From Candidatus Omnitrophota bacterium (GTDB lineage Bacteria > Omnitrophota > Gorgyraeia > Zapsychrales > Fredricksoniimonadaceae): 64,000 nt of DNA. Of the stretch, positions 9,124-19,523 are shown one piece after another. The notes under the pieces were generated by a model. The model worked only from the letters and a program-made list of their open reading frames with translations, made no database searches and had not been told where the DNA came from. Position 1 is the first letter of the stretch; the number at the start of each line of letters is the position of its first letter. Position numbers and translations under genes: made by a program. Location of the stretch: the NCBI GenBank assembly GCA_015232565.1, contig JADFZK010000002.1, forward strand, positions 57-64,056. Reading direction: 5' to 3'.

Positions 9124-10116
9124 ATGGATGCCGGTATAGCAATGATCAATGAACTGGTTAAAAAAGAAAGTTCTTTTGTTTCGGCTTTGATGCTGGAAGC
9201 CCAGAAAGTGATTGTTGGGCAGAAATATTTGCTGGAACGTTTGATCGTGGGTTTATTGGCCGATGGTCATGTTTTGGTAGAAGGTGTGCCGGGCCTGGCC
9301 AAGACCACAGCTGTAAAAACACTGGCGGATACTTTGCAGTGTCGTTTTCAGCGTATTCAGTTTACCCCCGACATGCTGCCGGCTGACCTTATTGGTACTC
9401 TTATTTATGATCAGAACACCCGTTCTTTTTCTGTTAAGAAAGGTCCGGTATTTTCCAACATTATCCTCGCCGACGAGATCAATCGCGCTCCGGCCAAGGT
9501 GCAGAGCGCTTTGCTGGAAGCTATGCAGGAGCGGCAGGTTACTATTGGTGACAGTACAATGAAACTTGACTCTCCGTTCCTGGTGATGGCTACCCAGAAT
9601 CCGATAGAACAAGAAGGAACTTATCCTTTGCCCGAGGCTCAGGTGGACCGTTTTATGCTTAAAGTCAAGGTTACTTATCCTTCCAAGGCGGAGGAATTGC
9701 TGATCTTAAAACGGATGGCTTCCACGCAAAGGTCTTCGGCGGTAAATCGGGTCGTAACACCGGAAGACATCCTTAATGCGCGTAAGGTGGTGGACCAGAT
9801 CTATATGGATGAAAAGATCGAGCAGTACATAGTGGATATTGTTTCTGCTACCCGCTCACCGGAAAATTACCATTTGGCGGACCTTAAGCCTCTTATTCAA
9901 TACGGTGCTTCTCCGCGGGCTACCATCAGTCTGGCGTTGGCTTCCAAAGCTTATGCTTTTCTTAATGGCCGCGGTTATGTTACCCCGCAGGATGTAAAAT
10001 CAATAGGTATGGACGTATTGCGTCACAGGGTGGTGCCAACATATGAAGCCGAAGCCGAGAACAAATCTTCGGAAGACCTGGTAACGAGGATATTTCAGGA
10101 AGTCAAGGTTCCTTGA
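9124..10116 (+). CDS. MoxR family AAA+ ATPase
   Basis: EGVPGLAKT Walker A, RIQFTPDMLP, ADEINRAP and NPIEQEGTYPLPEAQ motifs. Confidence 0.95.
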   Translation: MDAGIAMINELVKKESSFVSALMLEAQKVIVGQKYLLERLIVGLLADGHVLVEGVPGLAKTTAVKTLADTLQCRFQRIQFTPDMLPADLIGTLIYDQNTRSFSVKKGPVFSNIILADEINRAPAKVQSALLEAMQERQVTIGDSTMKLDSPFLVMATQNPIEQEGTYPLPEAQVDRFMLKVKVTYPSKAEELLILKRMASTQRSSAVNRVVTPEDILNARKVVDQIYMDEKIEQYIVDIVSATRSPENYHLADLKPLIQYGASPRATISLALASKAYAFLNGRGYVTPQDVKSIGMDVLRHRVVPTYEAEAENKSSEDLVTRIFQEVKVP

Positions 10117-10122
10117 TGTTAT

Positions 10123-11040
10123 ATGATACCAAAAGAGATACTTGAAAACGTTCGCCGGATCGAAATTACCACCAACCGCCTGGTTACGGATGTGTTTGGC
10201 GGGCAGTACGAGAGTGTTTTTAAAGGCCGTGGTATCGAGTTCGACGAAGTACGTGAATACCAACCCGGAGACGACGTGCGTTCCATCGACTGGAATGTAA
10301 CAGCCCGTACCGGGGTTCCCCACATAAAGAAGTTCGTAGAAGAGCGTGAAATGACCGTGATGGTGCTGGTGGATGCCTCGCGTTCCTGCCGCTTTGCGAC
10401 AGTGCGGCAGTTAAAAAGCCGCCTGGCGGCGGAAGTGGCTGCGGTGCTGGCTTTCTCGGCCATTCGTAACAGCGACAAGATCGGGTTGATCTTTTTTACT
10501 GATGAGGTCGAGAAATTCATTCCGCCGCGCAAGGGCCGCAGTCATGTGTTGCGCCTGATCCGGGAGATCCTTTGTTTTGAACCAAAAGCCCGGGGTACCG
10601 ACATCGCGGCGGCCATGGAATTCATGAGCCGGGTTACCACGCGCAAAGCGGTTACTTTTATTATCTCGGACTTTGTCGAGCCGGCGATCTTTTCCGGCGA
10701 CAATGCCGGGAATGGCGAGCCGCGTTATACCAAAGCTTTGGCGGCGGCCAACAAGCGGCACGATGTAATAGCGATCACTCTTAATGACCCCCGGGAAATG
10801 AATTTACCTGATTGCGGCTTGCTGGAGTTGGAAGACGCCGAGTCCGGGCGTTCTTTTACGGTGGATAGTTCCGACCGGAGTGTGCGCGAGGAATATGCCG
10901 CTCGTAATATAAAAAGGGTCGAGCGCCGTGCGCGTTTATTCCGTAAATTGAATATGGACCATATTGATGTGTCAACTGAAGGGTCTTTTGCCGACCATCT
11001 GGTGCGGTTCTTTGCCATGAGAAGAAAGAGGGCAAGGTGA
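10123..11040 (+). CDS. DUF58 domain protein
   Basis: GIEFDEVREYQPGDDVRSIDWNVTAR signature. Confidence 0.92.
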   Translation: MIPKEILENVRRIEITTNRLVTDVFGGQYESVFKGRGIEFDEVREYQPGDDVRSIDWNVTARTGVPHIKKFVEEREMTVMVLVDASRSCRFATVRQLKSRLAAEVAAVLAFSAIRNSDKIGLIFFTDEVEKFIPPRKGRSHVLRLIREILCFEPKARGTDIAAAMEFMSRVTTRKAVTFIISDFVEPAIFSGDNAGNGEPRYTKALAAANKRHDVIAITLNDPREMNLPDCGLLELEDAESGRSFTVDSSDRSVREEYAARNIKRVERRARLFRKLNMDHIDVSTEGSFADHLVRFFAMRRKRAR

Positions 11041-11588
11041 AGGCTACTGGATTAATAGACATACGCGGACCGGTGGAAATTCCCGGTGATTGGTGGTGGT
11101 TGCTTTTAACTGCCGTGGGAGTGCTTCTGCTGGGTTTGGTTTGGCTGTTAGTTAAGTTTCTGGCCCGGAAAGCCGCGCGGCCTGCTTTTGTACCACCGCC
11201 TATTCCACCGTGGGAGAAGGCTTTGGCCGAGATCGCGCTTCTCGCTGGTCAGAACCCGGCCGGAATTGAGCAGATCAAACAGTTTTACTTTTCTTTATCC
11301 GACATTATTCGTCAGTATATTGAAGCGCGGTTTTGTATTCGCGCCCCGGAAATGACCACCGAAGAATTTATGGAACGGGTGCGTTATGCTCCAGAGCTTT
11401 CGGCCATCCAACAAGAGTTCCTTAACAATTTTCTGCAAGTCTGCGACATGGTAAAGTTTGCGCGTTTTGAGCCGTCCGGCCGCGACCGTTCCGATGCGCT
11501 CCTGGCGGCTCGTCGTTTTGTAGAAGGTACCCGGCCGGTCTTACTGGAGGTTCCTCCAACTTCAACACTAAGCGGGGGGAAGGCATGA
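11037..11588 (+). CDS. single-TM hypothetical protein of bat operons (DUF4381-like)
   Basis: LxDIRGP then a TM helix; EMTTEEF and DMVKFA motifs; sits between DUF58 and BatA. Confidence 0.7.
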   Translation: MKATGLIDIRGPVEIPGDWWWLLLTAVGVLLLGLVWLLVKFLARKAARPAFVPPPIPPWEKALAEIALLAGQNPAGIEQIKQFYFSLSDIIRQYIEARFCIRAPEMTTEEFMERVRYAPELSAIQQEFLNNFLQVCDMVKFARFEPSGRDRSDALLAARRFVEGTRPVLLEVPPTSTLSGGKA

Positions 11589-12580
11589 TCTTTAAAACCC
11601 CCTGGATCCTGGCGCTTATTCCCTTTGTGCTGTTTGCGGTGATCTTTTTTACCTGGCGGTCTCGCCGGCCGGCCTTTCGATTCTCGTCTGGTTCACTGGT
11701 GGATGGGTTAAAGGTTTCCTGGCGGGTACGTTTGCAGAGGTTACCTTTTTTTCTAAGGTTAATAACTATAATCCTGTTCTTGATCGCGTTGGCCGGTCCC
11801 CGGAGTCCGCTGGGCGAGACCAAACATCAGGCGTTGGGCATCAATATTGTGCTGGTGATGGATGTTTCTACCAGTATGGCCGCCGAGGATTTTACTTTAA
11901 ACAATAAGCGGGCCAGCCGGTTGGATGTGGTCAAGAATGTTTTACGTGATTTCATCCATAAAAGAAATGCGGATCGTTTAGGTTTGATCGCCTTTGGGTC
12001 CCGTCCGTATACTGTGGCGCCGCTAACCACGGATCATGCCTGGCTTATACAAAACCTGGAACGGGTAAAATTCGGCCTGATGGAAGATGGCACCGCGATC
12101 GGTTCGGCGGTGGCTTCCGCAGTTAATCGTTTACGGGATGTTGAGGGGCGTTCGAAAGTGGTGGTTTTGCTTACTGATGGCATCAATAATGCCGGCAAGA
12201 TAGATCCTCTTTCCGCCGCCAAGGCCGCCCAGGCCAAAGGTGTACGGGTTTATACTATCGGGACCGGCAGTCGCGGCCCGGTACCGTATCCTACGGTGGA
12301 TCTTTTTGGCCGGACTGTTTATCAGAATGTGCAGATTGATATTGATGAAGGTGTTTTAAAAGAGATCGCCCGCCTTACTAACGCTTCTTATTTTCGCGCT
12401 ACGGACACCGAGTCTCTAAAGGGGATTTACGACCAGATCGATGCCATGGAAAAAGTGAAATTTGAAGAGGCTGGTTACCGGCAGTACCAGGAGCATTTTG
12501 ATCTGTTCTTACTGGCGGGGTTGTTCTTTCTTATTGTCGAGGTATTGTTAAGCCGCACGATCTTTTTGAGGATCCCTTGA
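11585..12580 (+). CDS. batA: VWA domain protein BatA
   Basis: N-terminal TM, LAGPR, MIDAS DVSTSM, GTAIG and LLTDG. Confidence 0.85.
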   Translation: MIFKTPWILALIPFVLFAVIFFTWRSRRPAFRFSSGSLVDGLKVSWRVRLQRLPFFLRLITIILFLIALAGPRSPLGETKHQALGINIVLVMDVSTSMAAEDFTLNNKRASRLDVVKNVLRDFIHKRNADRLGLIAFGSRPYTVAPLTTDHAWLIQNLERVKFGLMEDGTAIGSAVASAVNRLRDVEGRSKVVVLLTDGINNAGKIDPLSAAKAAQAKGVRVYTIGTGSRGPVPYPTVDLFGRTVYQNVQIDIDEGVLKEIARLTNASYFRATDTESLKGIYDQIDAMEKVKFEEAGYRQYQEHFDLFLLAGLFFLIVEVLLSRTIFLRIP

Positions 12581-12581
12581 T

Positions 12582-13583
12582 ATGTTTTCTGCTCCCCAAA
12601 TGTTCAATGCTTTTTTTGCGGTAATATTCATAGCGCTGGTTTTGTACTGGTTGTCAAAAGAGCGCCGGCGCAAGATCTATCGGTTTATCAATAAACAACT
12701 TTTACCAGAGGTAGCGGCCAGCGCTTCGCGTCGCAAGATCATTATCAAGGATGTGGCCATTGTTTTGGTGTTGATATTTTCGGTCCTGGCCCTCGCTCGA
12801 CCCCAATGGGGATTTGAGTGGATGGATGTAAAACGAGAAGGTCTGGATATCTTCATTGCTATCGATGCTTCCAAGAGTATGTTGACGGAAGACGTTAAAC
12901 CCAATCGCCTGGAACGCACTAAACTGGCAGTGAAAGACCTTCTAAAAAAACTTAAGGGCGATCGGGTGGGATTAATAGCGTTTTCGGGCAGTGCGTTTCT
13001 GGCTTGTCCTTTAACTTCCGATTACGGCGGCTTCGGGCTGAGCCTGGATGATATCAACACCGCAACCATTCCGCGCGGAGGCACCGATATCAGCAAGGCT
13101 ATTGCCGAGGCTCTTAAGGGTTATGAAGATGTTCCGGCCCAGTATAAGGTCCTGGTGATCCTGACTGATGGTGAAAATCTGGAGGGCGATCCTTTGCAAA
13201 TGGCCAAGACGGCGGCGCAGCAAAAGATCCGTATATATACTGTCGGAATTGGCACACGGGAGGGCGAGTTGGTCCAGGTGGTAAAAGAGAATGGCGAGCG
13301 GGAATTCATCAAGGATGGCGATGGCAATTTCATTCAATCCCGGCTAAATGAACCCATGTTAAAAGAGCTGGCGGCAGTTACTGGCGGCGCTTACGTGCGC
13401 AGTGGAGGTGCGGAATTCGGCCTGGATTATTTGTACGAGAACCAATTGTCGCGGCTGGAGAAACGCAATATTGAGAGCCGGGTGGAGAAAAAATATCACG
13501 AACATTTTGGGGTTCCGCTGGCGATAGCCTTATTGTTTTTGCTGGCGGAAACACTGCTTTCTGCCAGAAGGAAATATGAGTAA
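12582..13583 (+). CDS. batB: VWA domain protein BatB
   Basis: LARPQWG, MIDAS DASKSM, PLTSD and ILTDGE. Confidence 0.85.
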   Translation: MFSAPQMFNAFFAVIFIALVLYWLSKERRRKIYRFINKQLLPEVAASASRRKIIIKDVAIVLVLIFSVLALARPQWGFEWMDVKREGLDIFIAIDASKSMLTEDVKPNRLERTKLAVKDLLKKLKGDRVGLIAFSGSAFLACPLTSDYGGFGLSLDDINTATIPRGGTDISKAIAEALKGYEDVPAQYKVLVILTDGENLEGDPLQMAKTAAQQKIRIYTVGIGTREGELVQVVKENGEREFIKDGDGNFIQSRLNEPMLKELAAVTGGAYVRSGGAEFGLDYLYENQLSRLEKRNIESRVEKKYHEHFGVPLAIALLFLLAETLLSARRKYE

Positions 13584-14490
13584 AGACACCTTTTTATTAG
13601 CCCTCTTTCTATTGCTTGGTGTTTCTGTTGCTCTGGCTGATCCTGGTGCATCGGAAGTCCGGGCCGGGAATGCTGCTTACCGCAAAGCTGATTTCAAGTC
13701 CGCTCTCGACAACTACGAAGCCGCGGCGGCCAAGGCCCCGAATGATGCGCGGATCGACTACAATCTCGGCGTTGCCGCTTATAAGAACGGCGATTTCACT
13801 TCGGCTGTCGGGTCATTTAATAAAGCTTTACTGTCTGAAGATCCCCAGCTGGCCCGCAATGCCCGTTACGACCTGGGGAATGCTTTATACATGGCAGGTG
13901 CGGCGAAAGAGGAACAGGACACCGCTGGCGCGATCAAGAACCTGGAAGAAAGTATTGCCAGTTATAACAAGGTCATTCTTGACGATGTAAAAAGTGTCGA
14001 CGCGAAAGGCAATAAAACATTTGTTGAGTCTGAATTGGTAAGGTTACGCAAGAAATTGGAGGAACAAAAGAAACAACAGTCAGATTCGAAACAATGCGAT
14101 CGAAAGAAACCCGCCGATCAGCCGAAACCGGATCAGCAACAAAAGCCTTCGGATCAAGCCCAGAAAGGGCAGGAGGATAAAAAGGACCAACCTCCCGGCC
14201 AGCAGGAGCAGAAAGCCGAGTCTGAAAATAAAGATGCCCAGGATCAAAAAAATACCGCCGATCAGAAGCCCAAAGACGACCAGAAAACCGCTGACCAGCC
14301 CAAGCCGGGAGAAAAGAATTCCCCCGAAGAACCGGCGGCTTCCGCTGGACAAGCCGCGGAAGGTCATATATTATCCCAGGACGAAGCGAACATGTTGCTG
14401 GATGATTTTGCCCAGAATGAACAACCTAAGGGCCTGTTAAAGTTGCAACGGGAAGCGCATCAGGAGCGTGGGGTTGTCAAGGATTGGTGA
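13576..14490 (+). CDS. batC: TPR protein with Q/K/D-rich tail (BatC-like)
   Basis: signal peptide, GNAAY/YNLG TPR repeats, low-complexity linker and C-terminal KDW. Confidence 0.75.
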   Translation: MSKDTFLLALFLLLGVSVALADPGASEVRAGNAAYRKADFKSALDNYEAAAAKAPNDARIDYNLGVAAYKNGDFTSAVGSFNKALLSEDPQLARNARYDLGNALYMAGAAKEEQDTAGAIKNLEESIASYNKVILDDVKSVDAKGNKTFVESELVRLRKKLEEQKKQQSDSKQCDRKKPADQPKPDQQQKPSDQAQKGQEDKKDQPPGQQEQKAESENKDAQDQKNTADQKPKDDQKTADQPKPGEKNSPEEPAASAGQAAEGHILSQDEANMLLDDFAQNEQPKGLLKLQREAHQERGVVKDW

Positions 14491-14503
14491 GCCAGGCATA
14501 TTT

Positions 14504-16345
14504 ATGACGAGAATCTATACTACCTATTTACGATCGGCCTTCTTGGCAGTTGTTTTCCTGCTTACAACGGCATTTAGTGTTGTGGCTGAGGATATCTCTT
14601 TTGAAACAGTAATTGATACTGACCGGGTGGTAATGGGCGCGTCAGCCCAGTTAACGCTGACCCTTCATGGTACCCAGGACCTGGCGCAGGTGGTCTTGCC
14701 TCCTCTGGACGGTTTTGAGGCGCGTTTCGTAGGGCCTTCCACCCAGATAAAAGTTGTTAATGGTGAGTATTCTACTGCCAAGTCTTTTAATTACATGCTT
14801 ATTCCTTTGAAGGAAGGCAAATATACGATTCCCGCGATCGCGGTCCAGGTTAAAGGACAGGAATATCAGTCTCGTCCACTTATTGTAGAAGTAGTCCCGG
14901 CCGCTGCAGCGCCCGCCGGCACTGCCGCGCCTGCCGCCAGTCCCGCGGCCGCACCTTTGGATGATACTCAGGCCATCCGTGAACGGGTGCAAATGACCGT
15001 GGCCCTGGCGTCCACAGCGTCGTATGTTTATGAAGAGGTGCCTTTGGTTATCAAGCTTTATGTCAGGGAACTGCCGATCCAGGATATTACTTTACCTCAG
15101 ATCAATCCGGAAGGGTTCATACTTTCCGAATTCTCCCGTCCCAAACAGTATCAGGAAGATGTACAGGGCAAAATGTTTGAAGTCGTGGAATTCAACGCGC
15201 TGTTAACGCCTACCAGAGAGGGCGATATCAGTGTTGGTCCGGCGGTAATCACCGGCAGCCTGCTGATCAAGAACAATGAAAAACGCAATCCCTTTGGCGG
15301 CGGGGTCTTTGATGATGAATTTTTTGCCGGTTTCTTCAACTCATACCAGAAGAAGCCTATTACTATAACAGCGCGGCCGTTAAGCTTAAAGGTCAAGTCA
15401 TTACCTGCCGAAGAAAAGCCTGCGGATTTCTCCGGCGGTGTAGGCTTATTCACGTTTGATGTTACGGCTTCACCGTTAAAAGTGAAAGCGGGAGATCCGG
15501 TAACATTAAGAATGACCGTCAGCGGTACCGGCGATCTGAAAGCGGTCAAGATGCCGGCTTTAAAAGACGAGCGTTTCAAGATCTATGATCCCCAGATCAA
15601 GGCCGTGGCCGGGCAGAAGACCCTTGAGCAGGTGGTGGTGCCTTTAACTCCCGGGACGGCACAGATCCCGGCGATCAATTTTAGTTATTTTGATACTGCG
15701 GCGGGAAAATACACCACTCTTTCCCGCGGTCCGTTCACGGTTGAAGTCCTTCCGATGGATAAGGGCCAGGAATTCCAGGCAGTGGGTTTTGCCGATCGCC
15801 CGATATCGCTGTTGAAAGAAAAGTTCGGCCAGGATATTGTCTTTGTAAAGGATCACCCCGGACGGCTGGTTAATAAAGCCAGCTGGTGGGGCCGTAATGG
15901 CTGGCTATTGCTGGTTATGACCTTATATCTTAATGTTTGGGGTTTGTTTTATGGGATCTACCTTTATCGCCGCAAACTCGTTACTGACCCGGGGTTTGCC
16001 AGACGAAGCGCTGCATTTAGTCAGGCCCGTAAGGAAATGAGCGAACTTAAGCCGCTAATTTTGGAAGGTGGCGCTCGTGAATTCTATGCCCGCTTAGTCA
16101 AGGTCTTAAATAGCTATCTGGAGCATCGGATAAATATACTCCCCGGGAACACTGACCTTACGGCTTTGGAGACCATTTTATTAGAAAGAAAAGTCCCGGC
16201 CGACAAGATCGCTCACCTGAAAGACATTTTTGTTTTGGCCGAAAGGGCCTGTTTTGCGTCGGTCTCGGTAAGTGTACCTGAAATGCAACGCTGTTTCTTT
16301 GATATGGAAGACATTTTGGATGATATTGAGCGGAGGGTAAAATGA
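14504..16345 (+). CDS. batD: BatD family protein
   Basis: signal peptide, repeated beta-rich modules, FSGGVG, C-terminal TM; operon position. Confidence 0.8.
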   Translation: MTRIYTTYLRSAFLAVVFLLTTAFSVVAEDISFETVIDTDRVVMGASAQLTLTLHGTQDLAQVVLPPLDGFEARFVGPSTQIKVVNGEYSTAKSFNYMLIPLKEGKYTIPAIAVQVKGQEYQSRPLIVEVVPAAAAPAGTAAPAASPAAAPLDDTQAIRERVQMTVALASTASYVYEEVPLVIKLYVRELPIQDITLPQINPEGFILSEFSRPKQYQEDVQGKMFEVVEFNALLTPTREGDISVGPAVITGSLLIKNNEKRNPFGGGVFDDEFFAGFFNSYQKKPITITARPLSLKVKSLPAEEKPADFSGGVGLFTFDVTASPLKVKAGDPVTLRMTVSGTGDLKAVKMPALKDERFKIYDPQIKAVAGQKTLEQVVVPLTPGTAQIPAINFSYFDTAAGKYTTLSRGPFTVEVLPMDKGQEFQAVGFADRPISLLKEKFGQDIVFVKDHPGRLVNKASWWGRNGWLLLVMTLYLNVWGLFYGIYLYRRKLVTDPGFARRSAAFSQARKEMSELKPLILEGGAREFYARLVKVLNSYLEHRINILPGNTDLTALETILLERKVPADKIAHLKDIFVLAERACFASVSVSVPEMQRCFFDMEDILDDIERRVK

Positions 16346-17085
16346 GGTTTGGGGCTTTGGCGCTAATAATCCTGGCTGTTTTGGCCGGCCCGGTTTTTGC
16401 CGATAAGGGGGAAGACTTTTTTGCCCAGGCAGTAGCTAAATATCAGAAAGCGGATTATACCGCGGCGATTGCGCTTAATGAACGCTTGCTGAAAGAAGCC
16501 GGGGTCGAGAGCCCGGCGGTATATTTCAATTTGGGGAACTGTTATTTCAAGCAGGGACGGCTGGGCCGGGCGATTCTGAATTATCTTAAAGCCCAAAGCC
16601 TGGCGCCCAGGGATGCTGATATTAAAGCGAACCTGGCTTTTGCCCGTCAGGAAGTGGAGCAATATGAAGCCGACAAGCAGGGCAAGGAATCCGGCCGTTG
16701 GAGAGCTTATTTTCGTTCCTTATCGATCAGTGAATTTAAATGGCTGGCGGCAGCGGCCTGGATGCTGACCGGGATAATTTGTTTGGTTACTTTATTTGCC
16801 GGCTGGCCGATGAAAAGAGTTGTTTTGTGCACCGGATCCGCTGCCGTGGTCAGCGCTTATATTTTGATCGCTTTGATCGGGGCATTCCTGGAAGCGTCCG
16901 GCCAGGCCGTGGCGGTTCAGGGTACCGAAGCCCGTTTTGAACCTTCCGAACAAGCTACTGTATATTTCAAGGTTTTCGAAGGCGCGGAGCTGAAAGTTTT
17001 GCGTTACAAAGATGAATGGCTGAAGGTCCAAAGGCAAGACGGGCGGTCGGGCTGGATACCGGCGCAAAAAGCCGGAGTCCTATGA
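16342..17085 (+). CDS. batE: TPR + TM + SH3-like protein (BatE-like)
   Basis: YFNLGNCYFK, AILNY and PRDADIKANL TPRs; two TMs; C-terminal GWIP SH3b-like motif. Confidence 0.78.
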   Translation: MRFGALALIILAVLAGPVFADKGEDFFAQAVAKYQKADYTAAIALNERLLKEAGVESPAVYFNLGNCYFKQGRLGRAILNYLKAQSLAPRDADIKANLAFARQEVEQYEADKQGKESGRWRAYFRSLSISEFKWLAAAAWMLTGIICLVTLFAGWPMKRVVLCTGSAAVVSAYILIALIGAFLEASGQAVAVQGTEARFEPSEQATVYFKVFEGAELKVLRYKDEWLKVQRQDGRSGWIPAQKAGVL

Positions 17086-17933
17086 TCGCGACTAATGCTG
17101 AGCCTTTTCTGGATCTGATGTTGAATTTTGTTAATGAGGCCGGTGGTATTGCCCTGGACTTTATTAATGCGCGGCAATCCGATCTTAAACCCGATGCTTC
17201 GGTAATTACCGAGGCAGACCTGCGTATTTCTGCTTTGGCGGCAGAAAAACTGGCCCCGCTGATCAAGGCTGGTGGACATGCTCTGATCGATGAAGAAGAC
17301 CCGCGGCGGGGCGATTATCTGGATGATGCTTTTCTGGATCGTCATCCTTTTGTTTGGTCACTGGATCCGATCGATGGCACCCGTTCTTATGCCAATCGTA
17401 TTCCTTATTACGGGGTGTCTATTGGCCTGATCAAGGAACGTGCGCCCTGGCTGGGGGCGGTTTATTTCCCTTCCTTAAAAGAATTGTTCTATTGCGACGG
17501 TACGGCGGCTTATTTTGTGAAGGAGGCCTTTACGCCTCTGGCGACTAAAACCCTGATCGTGCCTTTAGATGAAACCCTCACCGATCGTTCGATCTTTATT
17601 GCTACGGATGATGTTTTTGAGAACTATGGTTGGCAAAAGAAGGAATGCCGGATCATTGTACTGGCGGCGGCGGTTTGTGAATTTTGCTGGCCCGCGATCG
17701 GGCGGGGCTGTGGTTCACTGGCGAAAGTCCATTTATGGGATATGGCAGGTTCCTGGCCGATCTTTCATAAAGCCGGACTGCAACTGCGTTCTTTAACGAC
17801 AGGCCAGTTGCTCGACCGGCTGGAGACCTCGGTGTTTGAGCGCGGGAATACTCCCTGGAAACTTAAAGATCATTATATACTTTCGTCAGAACGGAATTAT
17901 CCCTTATTTAAAGAAAGGCTGGTCAGGCGATGA
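17082..17933 (+). CDS. inositol monophosphatase family protein
   Basis: TEAD, EED, LDPIDGT and WDMAG motifs; ATG at 17082 overlaps the batE stop. Confidence 0.85.
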   Translation: MIATNAEPFLDLMLNFVNEAGGIALDFINARQSDLKPDASVITEADLRISALAAEKLAPLIKAGGHALIDEEDPRRGDYLDDAFLDRHPFVWSLDPIDGTRSYANRIPYYGVSIGLIKERAPWLGAVYFPSLKELFYCDGTAAYFVKEAFTPLATKTLIVPLDETLTDRSIFIATDDVFENYGWQKKECRIIVLAAAVCEFCWPAIGRGCGSLAKVHLWDMAGSWPIFHKAGLQLRSLTTGQLLDRLETSVFERGNTPWKLKDHYILSSERNYPLFKERLVRR

Positions 17934-18388
17934 TCGTGGATACTATTGCTAATCTGGGGCGGTATAATATCCCGTCGCGTAAAGAGATCGCCCGGTATCT
18001 GGCCGGGAAAGAAGCTTTATTGCTTTCAGTGCCCGAACTCGAAATTAATGGCCGGGCTCTTTTTGTCCGTCCCTCGGCTTATGTTACCAGGAACGCCGAG
18101 GAAGGCCGGTTTGAAAGCCACGTTAAATACATGGACCTGCAATATGTTTTTCAGGGTTGTGAGATCATGGAAACGGCTCCAGCCGATGCCCGGGAAGCTT
18201 TAACTGAATATGACCCTAAGGCTGACAATCAGTTTTATAAAGCGGGCAAGGATATTTCGCGTTTTCTGGTGCGGGCGGGGGAGTTCGCGGTTTTCTTTCC
18301 TGGCGAAGCGCACCGTCCGTGTTGTTCCCCGGAAACCGGTGCCTGTGAAGTAAAAAAACTGGTCTTTAAAGTCCTGATCGGAGTTTAG
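17930..18388 (+). CDS. YhcH/YjgK/YiaL (NanQ-like) family protein
   Basis: FESHVKYMDLQY and FAVFFPGEAHRP motifs. Confidence 0.88.
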   Translation: MIVDTIANLGRYNIPSRKEIARYLAGKEALLLSVPELEINGRALFVRPSAYVTRNAEEGRFESHVKYMDLQYVFQGCEIMETAPADAREALTEYDPKADNQFYKAGKDISRFLVRAGEFAVFFPGEAHRPCCSPETGACEVKKLVFKVLIGV

Positions 18389-19523
18389 CCAGCTCTTCGA
18401 CCACGATCCGGGCCGCACGCTGGCTGGCTCCCGGATTGCCGAGCCGGGTTCTTAACGCAGACAGTTCCCGGCGCATGGCTTGGGTTTTGTTCTGATCATT
18501 TAAAAGCGCAAGAACTTCTTTGGCTAACCGGTTTGGATTGGCGTCTTGTTGGATAAGTTCCGGAACTATCCGTTTACCTGCAATTATATTTACCAGCGAA
18601 ATATCACGTATCTTTATAACCAAACGTACAATAAGCGCGGTAAGCCAGGCGGTTTTGTAGACTACGACCATTGGTTTGCCCATGATCCCGGTCTCCAGCG
18701 TGGCAGTCCCCGAAGCTACAATACAGTAGTCGGTGATATTCAGCCCATTGTAATATTCTTTGGTGATCTGCAGGCCTTCCGGCGCCAGGGCAGAGTATTT
18801 ATTCAGGAGTTCATTACTGATCGTCTTGGCTTGTAAAAGGACGAATTGAGTCCGGGGATTGTTTTGGCGAATTAATTGGGCGGCTTTGTACATTAAAGGC
18901 AGAAGCCGGACGATCTCGTTTTTGCGTGAGCCGGGCAAAAGGCCGATAATGGTGACCTTGGGGTCGAGCTTAAGCTCCGACCTGAACGCGGCGCTTGAGC
19001 GATCAGCATGGACTTCGTCCAGTAAAGGATGGCCGACAAAATCGGCCGCATAATTATGTTTGGCATAAAAGTCTTTCTCGAACGGAAAAAGCACCAGCAT
19101 GCGGTCGACAACTTTCTTGATGAGCTTGACCCGGGACGCTTTCCAGGCCCATACCTGCGGGCTAACGTAATAGACTACTTTGATGCCCAGTTTCTTGAGT
19201 TCCACCGCCAGGCGCAGGTTAAAGCCCGGGTAATCCACTAAAATTGCCAGGTCGGGTTTCTCCGAACGGGCTTTTTGCACGGTGAGATCAAAAACTTTTT
19301 TGATCCGGGAAAAGTTCTTGATGACTTCCACAAAACCGATCACTGCCAGGTCGCGGATATCCGCGAAGGTCGCTACACCTTCCTGACGGCAACGGTCGCC
19401 GGCAATGCCGATAAAACGGGTTTGCTGGGCATAATGACCAATCGCCCGCACCAACGGAGCGGCACGCATATCGCCGGATTCTTCGCCAGTTACGATTAAT
19501 ATTTTAGCTGATCTATTTTCCAT
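18366..19523 (-). CDS. lpxB: lipid-A-disaccharide synthase
   Basis: GEESGD, VDYPGFN, SPQVWAWK, VGHPL, LPGSR and ASGTATLE motifs. Confidence 0.95.
   Translation of the reverse strand: MENRSAKILIVTGEESGDMRAAPLVRAIGHYAQQTRFIGIAGDRCRQEGVATFADIRDLAVIGFVEVIKNFSRIKKVFDLTVQKARSEKPDLAILVDYPGFNLRLAVELKKLGIKVVYYVSPQVWAWKASRVKLIKKVVDRMLVLFPFEKDFYAKHNYAADFVGHPLLDEVHADRSSAAFRSELKLDPKVTIIGLLPGSRKNEIVRLLPLMYKAAQLIRQNNPRTQFVLLQAKTISNELLNKYSALAPEGLQITKEYYNGLNITDYCIVASGTATLETGIMGKPMVVVYKTAWLTALIVRLVIKIRDISLVNIIAGKRIVPELIQQDANPNRLAKEVLALLNDQNKTQAMRRELSALRTRLGNPGASQRAARIVVEELAKLRSGL

Noticed and set aside
14060-14345. Quasi-repeats ADQPKP/ADQKPK in the BatC-like gene
   Set aside because: Ordinary low-complexity Q/K/D linker typical of this family; not a DNA repeat array
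14895-14960. GC-rich stretch within batD
   Set aside because: Encodes an in-frame Pro/Ala linker; no sign of an insertion element
18366-18388. 3' overlap of yhcH-like gene and lpxB
   Set aside because: A short convergent overlap of 23 nt is commonplace in compact genomes
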